Shown here: positions 52,973 through 64,000 of the stretch, piece by piece | Numbering within the stretch: position 1 is the first letter of the stretch | How the letters are laid out: each line of letters opens with the position of its first letter | Program-made: the position numbers and the translations under genes | The notes under the pieces: model-generated | The model's input: only the letters and a program-made list of their open reading frames with translations | Told to the model about the DNA's origin: nothing | The model's database searches: none | Assembly: GCF_963853765.1 (NCBI RefSeq) | Contig: NC_088861.1 | Coordinates: forward strand, 1,302,001 to 1,366,000 | DNA length: 64,000 nucleotides | Direction: 5' to 3' | DNA from: Magallana gigas | Taxonomy: Eukaryota

Positions 52973-53891
52973 TGATTTTGTCAATGACATCCGACGTTTT
53001 ACTAATCCAGGCCAAAATTCGTCGCCATTGCAAGTTTGGTAGCTTTTCTCTGCATAAGTAACTTATGAATTAAATAATTCCAATAATGTATCTAGAGCGC
53101 CGCTAGTTCTATGTGGGATACATGTAGTAACTAACTTCAAAGGACAAATCATTGTTGTTCGGTACGTGTAAAGAGAGAATAAATTACGAAGACAAGGTCG
53201 TTTCTCCTCATGCATTGTGACTGTATTGAAAATGCTAATCAAGAATGTGCTTGATTTGGATCACCTGGGTCGGGTATTTTAAAATTACTGTCTGCACATT
53301 TAGAAAAAGAGCCCATAATAAATTACTTTAAATAAATTTTGATCAAAATTGCTTTGAATGATTTGAATATTATTGCTGATCATTTTCAAAGTTTATTATT
53401 TTTTTGTTTTCATTTTCAAACACTTATGTCAGGTGTTTATCATATAACTTAAGACATTGTCAATGAAAGATGTTTATTGCTTCACATTCTAAGCACATTT
53501 ACAAAACATTTACAATCATATTTGATCACGGATCTTGAGATTAACTCCAAATACATGTATATACTTCTATCTACCCCGTTTTAAAAGCTAATTTATATTT
53601 GGGTAATAATTATTTGAAAGATAATTTTTGATACTAATCACTACAAAATATGTAATAATATTAACGTTACAAACTAAATCAAGCATAATTTTCAGTCTTA
53701 ACCAGACGCATCGATAAAAACGCAAACGAAGCATAATATAATAATAAACAATGAAATCAAATTATATCATTCATTACATTGTTTTAACATTTTTCAACGG
53801 TTAGATATCTCGTTACTGATTATATACCCATATAGTTTACATGAATGTCGAGATAATAAAATAATAAGTGAATTTCATTTATGTTTTTTAG

Positions 53892-54586
53892 ACGGAGAGA
53901 CTGAAAAGAATATCAAGAGCAAAAAAATATTGCAAACAAATTATAGCCTATTAACAAGTGGTATTTTATATTCTTTAATTAGTTAACGCTGTTTTCATGT
54001 AATTTGGTTATGCTTCTCGGAAAATTTGAGTAACAAGGTTTTCTCATTATAACACAAAATATTCTTTTTGAAAACTTCAGCCTTCCTTCTCCCATTTGAA
54101 GTCCTGCATATTGAAACATACACAGGAGTACCCAAATCAATATAATAGCTTGTGATCCAAATCAATCACACTTTCGATCAGCAATCTCCGTTCGGTGGTT
54201 GTTAAACGAGTTATGTTAAATACAATGGCAGTTTATGTTCAGGTGTCCTTCAAATATCGTTCGTCATAGACCTTTAAAAGCACGAAAATCAAAATATATG
54301 ATTAGATGTCTTTTTAAATTCAGTTAAGTAGGAGTAATGAAGTCGATGATCTTGGAAGTGAAAACGCAATTTATTATTCAGACTACGTACAATATATATG
54401 AATTCTTAAGAAGAAAAAAAAAGACAAAAAACAATAATATATAATGCGTCTGCTTTTTTTTTATAGACTTTGAAATGCTTGATGACTATGCATGCATTTT
54501 ATATCTTTCACGAACATTCCAAGAAAAGTACCCATTCCTTAAATTTCCACAAGACATTAAACAGATGATTTATCACCTTATAACAA
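53892..54586 (+). other. Two candidate upstream exons of the OAS transcript (53892-53960 and 54467-54586)
   Basis: Each has a pyrimidine-rich TAG acceptor and a GT donor. Both are phase 1-1 and stop-free when joined (GETEKNIKSKKILQTNYSLLTSDFEMLDDYACILYLSRTFQEKYPFLKFPQDIKQMIYHLIT). No transcript evidence. Confidence 0.45.
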
Positions 54587-54855
54587 GTATTCAAGTCATT
54601 CGAACGCATACAAGAATATGATCAGCGTATGGAGGATTCAAATTGTAAATTAAAAATAAATGACTACTGGGTTAGTGATTTTTATCGATTTGAATAGGGG
54701 GCCTGCAAAATCATCAACAGCAGACAACAATGCTTTGTTCTTGAAATGGTAGATATAGTTGTAAAATTTACGAATTGTTTGGAAAGAATATCAAATGGTA
54801 TTGCTATATTGAATCCAATTTATGCACTTTATTTAGATACTGACCTGACTGAGAG

Positions 54856-57370
54856 ATGACAGGAAATCGAAAGGCAATATTTGAATACAGGAGACAACAC
54901 CCTGATCAATTTCCATTTTTTTGTGAAACATGCACCCCCTTACGTCGTTTTAAGCTAGATCCGCATAAAGGACAGCACGATAAAGATAAACATGGAATAT
55001 CAGCTGTACCTTTCATTGAATACTCCTTACCACAAATACGTGTCATTCAAAATATTGGCCCTTCTTCCTCTTTTTTTTCTTCTTCGTCTTCTTCTCTTGG
55101 CTCCATTTCAGCGAACGAACTAAACTCGTTCGTCCTAAAGGAAATAGAACCAGATACAGCTTATAACCAAAGCTGTAAAGCCGTGGTCGATCGCCTCTGT
55201 CAATTTATGCAAAACAACTTTCCAGATCATCTGAGGCCTTCAGAAGTTAGAAAGGTATTATTTTTTTTATTTCACCCCATCTCTGAATAAGTATGATTTT
55301 TAAAAATAGGGCTGGATGGTCATAGTCATTTTTATTTTTTATACCATATAAATCTCCTGAAAAAGAAAAGCTCTAAAAATATTTGTATATGTTAAGAAGC
55401 AATCAAATTTAATTGATATATTTTTTTCTTTACTAGGTTATAACTTACAGCTTAACAAACAATTTAAAAAAAGTTAAGGAAAAATTGATCTTGACGTACA
55501 AAAAATACTTTGGAGAAAACAATACTGACTGGTATACTGAAAGTCTTTAACAAGTCTTCAAAATTGTTTATCTTATGCGTTGTTGTAGAGTGGGTCATTA
55601 GGAAAAGGAACGGCAGTTAAGGGGAAGTCGGACGCTGATCTTGTTGTTTTCCTAGCAAATTTTCGTACCATGTCAAATCTACGAGACAATCTAAAGGATA
55701 TTTTAGCTCGGATGAAAGTGTACCTCGGTACATACGGTGGGTGTGACGTTGAGGGTACAACATTGCATGCAGTAAAGGTGTCCGTTACTTGCCATGGTCA
55801 CTCTCACAGTGTTGACATACTGCCGAGTGTTGATATCCTAAGATACAGTATGTTAAAGCTCAGATACTTATATGTATACTTATACGTTTAAAATGACTTT
55901 TTCGAATGCGATTGAATATTTAAAAAACTAATGAGCAGAACATTGAAGAACAAACACTTGTTATAACTGTTTCTTTACATTTACCATACAGTTTATAAAT
56001 GAAAAATTAACAATGTTTGTAAATTGCAGATTCGAAGAATGCCATTTATACAGAAATGGCTTCCTCTTCTCTTCCTGCAAGAGAATATTTCTCTGCTGCC
56101 CTCGCGCCACTTCAAATCGATTTTGTCTCTGGGGTTCCAACAAAAGTCAAGACATTGATTCGATTAGTCAAATACTGGAGAAAAACAGAATTTGAGGTAT
56201 ATAATCATTTATATCTTATTACGAGAGTTTAAGCAATTTTATGAAATTTGAAATGTGAAAATGCTTGGAATTTTATAAAATACCAAAAAATTCCTGATAA
56301 TATTTGTCAGCCCTAAATAACATTACATATATAAACACTGTTCAGTGTAGGTTTTGCGATGATATGGCGGTAAATATTGAATTAACGAAGATGGGCAGAT
56401 AGCAATATCCGGGCATTAAACTTCCACATGTACTTTCATGTACAAAAGATATGTTCACAAAATATAACCAAATTCATGAACATGAAAAACACTTAACCTT
56501 TGGAAAAACTTAGGTTGAGTTAAACATTTTCTGTATTACACGAGTTTATTCATACTTTCGTTGTCATATATATTATTTACATAAGATACTTTAATTATGA
56601 AAGCAAACTATTCAAACCCACCTTACCAAAGATAATGTTAGATAGGAGTCAATTATGTAAGTAGTAAGGAGTACTTTAGTTATGAAGCTACAAAAATACA
56701 TCTTTAGTCTTATTTGTGTTTTTAAGGAAAGTACTGGTCTTCAGAGATTACCAACGTCCTACCCACTGGAACTGATAGTCATCGGGGAATGGGAAGATGC
56801 TGGTAGACCACAAAACTTTAATATCTGCAAAGGATTCTACCACGTATTGAGAGCAATTGTTCACTACAGGAGTCTGAAGCATGCATGGACTGTTAATTAT
56901 AACTCCAACCATGTCAGCAAGTCAGTGTAGTAATTACTGTAGCAGTTAAAGTCATCCTTTTATGAGTGACGTTAATGTCGTTAAATTGTTTGTGTAATGA
57001 AATATCGTTGTCTTAAACCATGATTACAAAATGAACTACGCTAACGTCTTAAAACCGTTAAAAATAGTGATAATATTATAAAATCGGTTTTATTTTTAAA
57101 TCACGATGTGTTTAATTCTTTAAATATGAGTCGATTTAAATCTAGTGAAATTGCAAAAAAGTAAACATTCATATACACATTTTTATTTATGTATTGTAAT
57201 AACGCTTTTTAGTTGCATTGATAATTCACTGTATATAACGTTTGTACAGGTAGTATTGACGTAGAAAGCATGTGTCACCAACGATAGTGAAAAAATAAAC
57301 CCAAAACACAAGAAATTTTATTGCTCTAAAATCTAGCACACCCGTTAGAAAAAAAGTCAATGGGAAGTTA

Positions 57371-57411
<41 letters not shown>

Positions 57412-57753
57412 TCATAATGATATAATACATTAAAAGATTTTTTGTAATAATATTGGTGACTCCTTTATGGTTTGATTTGAACATAGTTTTATTGTACAAG
57501 AATACAATTTGGATTGGGCAAAAGTTCCATAACTTAGACTGCCCCCTCCCATCTTCCTATATTGAGATACTAGTATATTGTGAACATGTATTAATTCATT
57601 TTCAGTGATGAATACTATGTGGTTGACCCAGCAAATCCTTTCAACAACATCATGAAAGCCTGTAACTGCTGGGACATGGTTGCAGAGAAAGCAAGGGCGT
57701 TTTTGCAGAAGCCATTGTTCCGACAATGTTCTAGTTTGGACGGCTGGGTGTAA
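54856..57753 (+). CDS. OAS: 2'-5' oligoadenylate synthetase-like nucleotidyltransferase with an N-terminal C2H2-like zinc finger, 5 exons, 388 aa
   Basis: Exons 54856-55254, 55589-55847, 56030-56196, 56727-56920, 57606-57753 (1167 nt, GT-AG, phases 0,1,0,2). OAS motifs: SGSLGKGT, KSDADLVVF (two catalytic Asp), VDILP (third Asp), PTKVKTLIRLVKYW, LPTSYPLEL, VDPANPFNN, terminal W-V. AATAAA at 57861. Confidence 0.93.
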
Positions 57754-58580
57754 ACACATCAAACATTTTAATCTGCAGAAATCCCCCCCCCCAGTTTTGG
57801 AGAAACCTTTCACTGTTATTTTTTTCCAAACTAACCCCCAATTTCTTCAAACTGCAGCCGAATAAAAATGCTAAATAAAGTAGTTCATGAATTTCATGTG
57901 CATGGTTTATGTTCCCAAAATGCAGTACCTGTCTTTAAAATAAGTATTGAATAAGAAAACAGAACAAATTCATTTGACAAAAATCTTAAAATTATTTTTC
58001 AAAAGTGAAATTATTTTAGCCCTTTGTCACAGGCATCTCACCTTATATATTTTTTATGATAAAACTGAATACCCTCTTTCTTATAGTGCACATTTTAATA
58101 ATATTCCATAAAGATCATTGTCACTGACACTGGACGTATACTTAAAACTAAAAAATAAATATGTTTTTAAACGAGAGTCCTTTCCAATAATTTTGCTGAA
58201 TTTGTATGTAATATTCTCCCCTAACAATGAGTACTCCTGGCGTTACACTGAAGATGAATTAAGAACGTGATCATAAAAAATAACATGACCATATAATGTA
58301 CAATGTAGTATCGATTATCGGAAACATCTACATTAACAATAAATATTTTCAACTCCATTTATTTGATTTTAGGTTAATTTTTAATGAAATATAAATATTC
58401 ATTGTAGAGCGTGGTGGAAAAAAGAAAATTTCTGTCCAGTTTACATTTTTAAAAAAAAAATTAATTCATATAGATTACTGAGTAGAATATTTTTATCACG
58501 ATGTTTCTTAACAGCAATTGAAACTGATTTTCTTAATTAGAATGGTTGAAAAATTTGTTATATTTTGTTATATGAGAAGA

Positions 58581-58583
<3 letters not shown>

Positions 58584-58662
<79 letters not shown>
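58584..58662. repeat. (TA)n microsatellite
   Basis: Direct reading. Confidence 0.95.
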
Positions 58663-58665
<3 letters not shown>

Positions 58666-59489
58666 CATTTAAAACGAAGCCATAGTATCATATTTTTAAA
58701 AGGATGAATGACGTATACAACAAACATTAAAGTACAGCAAGAATAAATGTTTTGTTTAGATATACTACAGACGGAGATAAGGAAACATTCCTTGATTATA
58801 CGTTATATGTCTATTCACGCGTGTGTAGTGCATACAGACGGAATCACTGCTAAAAATAATTTTTTAAATCTAATTAGGACTTCACTGACATGAAACAAAT
58901 TCCTAAAAGTCAATTAGTCGTGTCGCAATTGACAAAAACAGAACTAAAGATATCATGCTCGACGGGTAAGACACTTACTAGTTGATAATTTTAATAAATT
59001 ATTTAATCATAAAAATTAACTTAAACTCAAAAGCTACAGTTTGCTTTATGTAAAATATCAATGAATTTGAAATATGTTATGTACTCTATTGTTTTTGATC
59101 GAGATTTAGATTCTAAGTCTAGGTTTTAGGTGGCTTGCACGAACTTTTTACGTCAAGTTCAAAATTGTTTCATATATGCAAAAGTGATAGGGCTTATATT
59201 CAGCAAAGAAAAGAGTGGGTTGTTGAATCTGAGCTACAGGTTCCGGATGCTGGAGGAGGTGGATTTTTTGGAGCAGGTTTATATGAATTGAATAATATTA
59301 CTAAGTATGATTTTTCATACTTGCATGGTTAATTTCATTATCTAAATGAATCACAGAGGTTGCTTCAGACACATTGAATGTTTCTAATTATTTAGATGCT
59401 AACGCAGGTTTAATATTTTTGAACAGCTCAAATTGTGTTAGGCTCTTTGAACTGGTTAAAGTCAACTCTGCTAAATACTTACTCAGATG

Positions 59490-59975
59490 ATCCATAATAT
59501 ATCATACGATACCATAATTATGATACAGTATCATTTCATATAATACAATATCGTATAATAGAAAATAAAAATGATATCATATATGATAAAATATCATATT
59601 ATACGATACAATATCATACGCTACAATATTGTAATGTATCGTGATACGATATTATATCATATGAAACAATACTGAATAATATGATATGATATTGTTTAAT
59701 GTACTGTGATACAACATTGTATACTCAAATACAATATCACATAGTATGATACAATATCATATCTTGATACAATTCATTTTGTATTAAGATATTATACAGT
59801 ATTACATTGTATGATATCACATGAGATATGATATGACAGAATATTTCATAGTATGATAGGATACAATATTGTATTTTAGAGTCAAGTGTTGTTAAATATT
59901 GTATCATACGATCCAGTATGAAATTCGCACATAATGTGATTATACTAAATTTTTAATCATATGATAGACGATACT
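59490..59975. repeat. Degenerate pentamer-based low-complexity array (ATATC/ATATG/GATAC)
   Basis: Dense ATATCAT, ATGATA and GATACAAT motifs in both orientations. Confidence 0.75.
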
Positions 59976-61441
59976 GTGTCAAAGAACACTACATGTATAT
60001 ACAATGTCCAATATTTCATCCAAGATTATTGACGATGATTTTCATGTAAAATGATGAAGTGATATCATAAGGGTGATGTCTCGTCTCGTGAGCTATGTAA
60101 TCCTTGATTACCTATGTCTATATTTTGTTATGAACTGTGCAATACTGAGAGATTTGAATGCTACGCTGAGAAATGTAAATGAATGATATGGTATACTATG
60201 CTAAGAGAATTGAACAAACCAACATCTAAATCTGTATACAGAAGAGTTCTAAACTATCTGAAGTAAAAAAAAACCAAACATTGTAAGAACACCCCCCCCC
60301 CCCCAAAAAAGAGAAAAAATAACCATCCATCCATCCCAGCCCCCCCCCCCCCAAAAAAAAAACCCCCCAAAACACCCAAGTTTGAACTTAGTTCAGCCCT
60401 AATCAGCATAACTATCTGAAGTTAATTAACGGTAAGCAACGTTTTTATTATTTAAAGATCGTTATTTGTTACTATCTTTTCCCCGAAATCAACCTAGTTA
60501 TTTTTACGATAAAATTGAACTGAAGGTAAACCTATGCAGAGATATGTCTAAAATGTTTGGTAACTTCACTATTAGCAGGTACTTTCGCTTAAACATGAAT
60601 TCAACATTTTTTAGTAATCTTCTCCAATAGCCAATCCCGAAAAAAAATGGCTTTTCAGTAGTCTATCCCCGGGGTTAACTTTCTATATAGTCAGTTTTCC
60701 CATATAGCAGGTGTTTTCTCTTAAGTTAACTTTTAGATTTCGTCAACGGAAAACCAGCCGGGGTAAAAATAAATAGTTTGAAAATCACCAAGTTACGTGT
60801 ACACTGTACATGTTAAGGTACGGTATTAATTGCCAATTTATAATTCTAAATCGACAATGTTTTAACTTGGGTTATGTTATACATGGAACTTAATTTTTTT
60901 TTTATATATGTACACAGTATTATATATCATGCAATCACAACATTGTATTCATCTGTTCTGAATTTGAAAAACGATTTTGGTATTTTATTTTTTTTAAACC
61001 CAGCTGACTAACCACGTCGTGTAGCTGTTTGTCTATTTATAAATTGAATCTTGTCAGGGCCTTGTCAATGTTGTGAAAATCATTGGAACTACATGTGTAC
61101 GTCACACAAACTTTTTAAATTTCATGATGTGCCTCAACCTTATTTTTTTAATCATGCATTGAACCTGGATAGTCATTGATTAATTTACAGAATAAAGGAT
61201 TCTTTAATTTGAAAAAAAAATTCATAGTAATTTATTAAAAACTAATTGTATTATAATATTTTTTTGTCTTTTAATAACCACACTTCGTGGACTTTCATTT
61301 GTAATGAAACATAACTGTAATACCGTAAAACATTGGATGTAAGGGGGAGGGGGGCAATATGGACATTCAAATGAAAAAAAAACATATTGGAGGATTATGT
61401 CAACTTGATATCTGCATTTAATTAATTAATTCAATTAATGC

Positions 61442-61480
61442 ATTAATCTGCATTAATTAATTTAATTAATGCAGATTAAT
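61442..61480. repeat. 39 bp palindrome (19 bp perfect arms, 1 nt spacer)
   Basis: ATTAATCTGCATTAATTAA-T-TTAATTAATGCAGATTAAT. Confidence 0.9.
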
Positions 61481-62777
61481 CAACATTAATCATTAAAAAA
61501 GATAAATAATATGAAGGCTTAATTACCTTCAATCAGAATAAACCAGACGACATGAGTTTTAAAATATCGTGTCGTGTCCATCTGGACATTTATACAACAC
61601 TTCTTCTACTTTTTAAATTCTTGATGTGATAAAAAACTCGTAGGAAAACTGTTTTATACCTTCACCAAAAATTATTGACAATAAGATAACGACAATTCTT
61701 GTTATCACAGATGTAGTAAAAAATGGTTATTGATTGAATGTATTCTGAGATATTTCTTTTGGATAACGTAGTGTTATAGTGAGATAAAAGCAGTTTGCGA
61801 CACCTGGAAACACAGCTTAAAAATGTGCAATCTGTCGTTTTGATTAAAGCTACAGCGCATGAAGATCGATGCAAGCACAGAAACGAGCACTACCTTATTG
61901 ACACTACTTCAATTTACGTAACCCGCAGTCAAATTTAACCATGTTTTAGAAATGAATTCACGCCACCTCGACATAGTGGCTGTAATGTCGCTGTTTTAGT
62001 CATGGATGTACTTTCGCTGTTGTATATGTACTTACATGGATTTTTTAAAAACATTTTATTGAAACTCTTTTACAATTCTACTTGGTATGAAAAAAATAAT
62101 ATATAGCAGAATATTTTGCAAAAGAGTTATATATATGGTAGCAAAAGAAAAAAAAAACAAATTTAGCCTAATGCATTGCCTTTAATTGTTTTTTCTTCAT
62201 AATCCAACAATTGCACATCTTCTGAGTAAGTTTTACAATAATTAAGTTAAAAAGTTTGATAGCGTATAAATAATGAGCATTTATACACTTCGCCATGAGT
62301 CGTATGTTATTTTGCATAACAAGGCGCGGACTAACTCTTAAAGCAGTTCTATGTTATACTACCGTTTCAATAAGAAGAAATATTTTAGAATAGGATAACA
62401 CAACGACGCCACCGTACAGTCGCCAGGGAAAGCACTAGTGGGCGAGCCCCTTATTAATTTTGTGATTTTAGAAACCTAAATAGTCAATTGTTAACATTGT
62501 CTTCGACCTAATAATTCATTGTAAAGTAAATCTTAATCATGTAAAGCTTCTCAAATTTAACCATTACTAAACAACGTTTTGACTTTTTTTTCAGTTTGGC
62601 CACACCAATTTGATTTCTTGGTCGCTAGATCCGCGCGCACGTGCCTAAGGGCTTTCCAAAAAACTATTAAAAATATATTGCATTCCAATTCTGTGCAAAA
62701 GAAAGAACTTCAAGTAAGATGAATAAGTTCAATACAACTGGGAAATTTTGACCCCTGTGATTAACTCACTCTAGAGT

Positions 62778-62778
<1 letters not shown>

Positions 62779-62825
<47 letters not shown>
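62779..62825. repeat. (CT)n microsatellite
   Basis: Direct reading. Confidence 0.95.
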
Positions 62826-62828
<3 letters not shown>

Positions 62829-62963
62829 AAAAAATGTGCTTAATATACAATTTGTTTGCTGTTCTTAGTAAACGTTCATTATATATGCAATATTGATCCA
62901 ATTGTTCCATTGCAATATTAAACACAATTAAGCAGTTATGTGTTATGTATCATAGAATTTGAA

Positions 62964-62965
<2 letters not shown>

Positions 62966-63048
<83 letters not shown>
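62966..63048. repeat. (TA)n microsatellite
   Basis: Direct reading. Confidence 0.95.
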
Positions 63049-63051
<3 letters not shown>

Positions 63052-64000
63052 CCCGGCCGGAAAATTTCGTTCTGTTTCCTGCTCTATTTCTGGTTCTTTT
63101 TATTCTGATTGCGTTTTTATTAAATTACTCAAACCAAACGTTTTAGTGCTTTTGTATGTATTTCATTCAAAGGAAAAAAATACATTTTAAAATAACATGA
63201 AGTCACTCGTTTCTATTTTTTTCATGCATTTGCAATTACGTTTTAACGATATATCATCTCTGTAGGTTGACACCACTCTGATTAGTTCTCTGAGTGGGTT
63301 TTACATGTTTTACAGTTACTCTGTAGCACGATCGTGTTTTTTAAAAAGTCACATTTTGAGACATTTTACTGTTCAAAAAAGAAATCAAATTGTAATGGTT
63401 TCTTTTCATGCTTTCGTAAATTTGTTTCTTCAAAAAGTATGTGTAGGAATGTTTATGAGATTGGGCGATATTTACTCTTCTTCAAACGATTTCATGAAAA
63501 TTAATAAACCACCAAGGACGTGAAAAAAACCCCAAACATGTCCAATAAATATTGAGGAGTACAAAGCACAATGCCATAGTCAAGTCCCATTAGAATAATA
63601 CACTCGAGTATACCGGTAAAACATGTGATGTGTTGTGAAAAGAACAAATTACAACCCTCCTTTTTAAAACTTTGATGTTCTCATTTCAAGGAACAATGAT
63701 CATTTGGGAAAAAAAGCATCACTTTGTGGTAAACTGAGAAAGGTACATGTAGTGACTAGTATTGTTAGTTTAAAAAAAAATTTGATTTTTGATCTGATGG
63801 GATGTTACTATCTAGTTTGCTCATTAAAACAAGCTGTCAAACATTGATGTCCTTTCTTTTAATTCGCTTAAAGGAGTTCATTCATATTCATAAACTGTCA
63901 CACTGGTAAAATTTATTTTCCCAAGATCATCCTTGCTGTGTAAAAGTAAAACTGATGTTGTTTCAACTGAAATATACAGTCCAGGATGAAGTCGGACAGG

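Noticed and set aside
57430-57865. 127 aa minus-strand ORF and 61 aa alternative-frame ORF
   Set aside because: They overlap OAS exon 5 and are explained by it.
60252-60422. 13 bp direct repeat AACTATCTGAAGT flanking a C/A-run-rich insert
   Set aside because: It resembles a TSD, but the insert has no correctly oriented poly-A tail or TIRs; probably local slippage.

Overview
AT-rich eukaryotic (animal) DNA. The 166-167 bp Cg170/HindIII-like satellite and the repeat landscape point to an oyster, most likely Magallana (Crassostrea) gigas or a close relative (inference). I reconstructed three + strand protein genes by hand: (1) an intronless Frizzled of the Fz9/10 (Fz4/9/10 clade) type at 2563-4365; (2) a 10-exon, 489-aa DUF21-CBS metal transporter at 40373-48221 that resembles plant CBSDUF/yeast Mam3 proteins more than canonical animal CNNMs; (3) a 5-exon, 388-aa 2'-5' oligoadenylate synthetase with an N-terminal C2H2-like zinc finger at 54856-57753. 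Upstream of the OAS are candidate spliced leader exons whose ORF stops in an ATGA overlap with the OAS start codon. The ~36 kb between Frizzled and the transporter has no recognisable host gene. It holds a 2.3 kb TIR transposon with a decayed transposase fragment, a TTAA-flanked element carrying a tRNA-like segment, MITEs, minisatellites, microsatellites, motif clusters and one assembly gap. There is no CRISPR array, rRNA or intact tRNA. Nearly all short ORFs in the supplied track are spurious. All protein-family comparisons are from memory; no searches were run.
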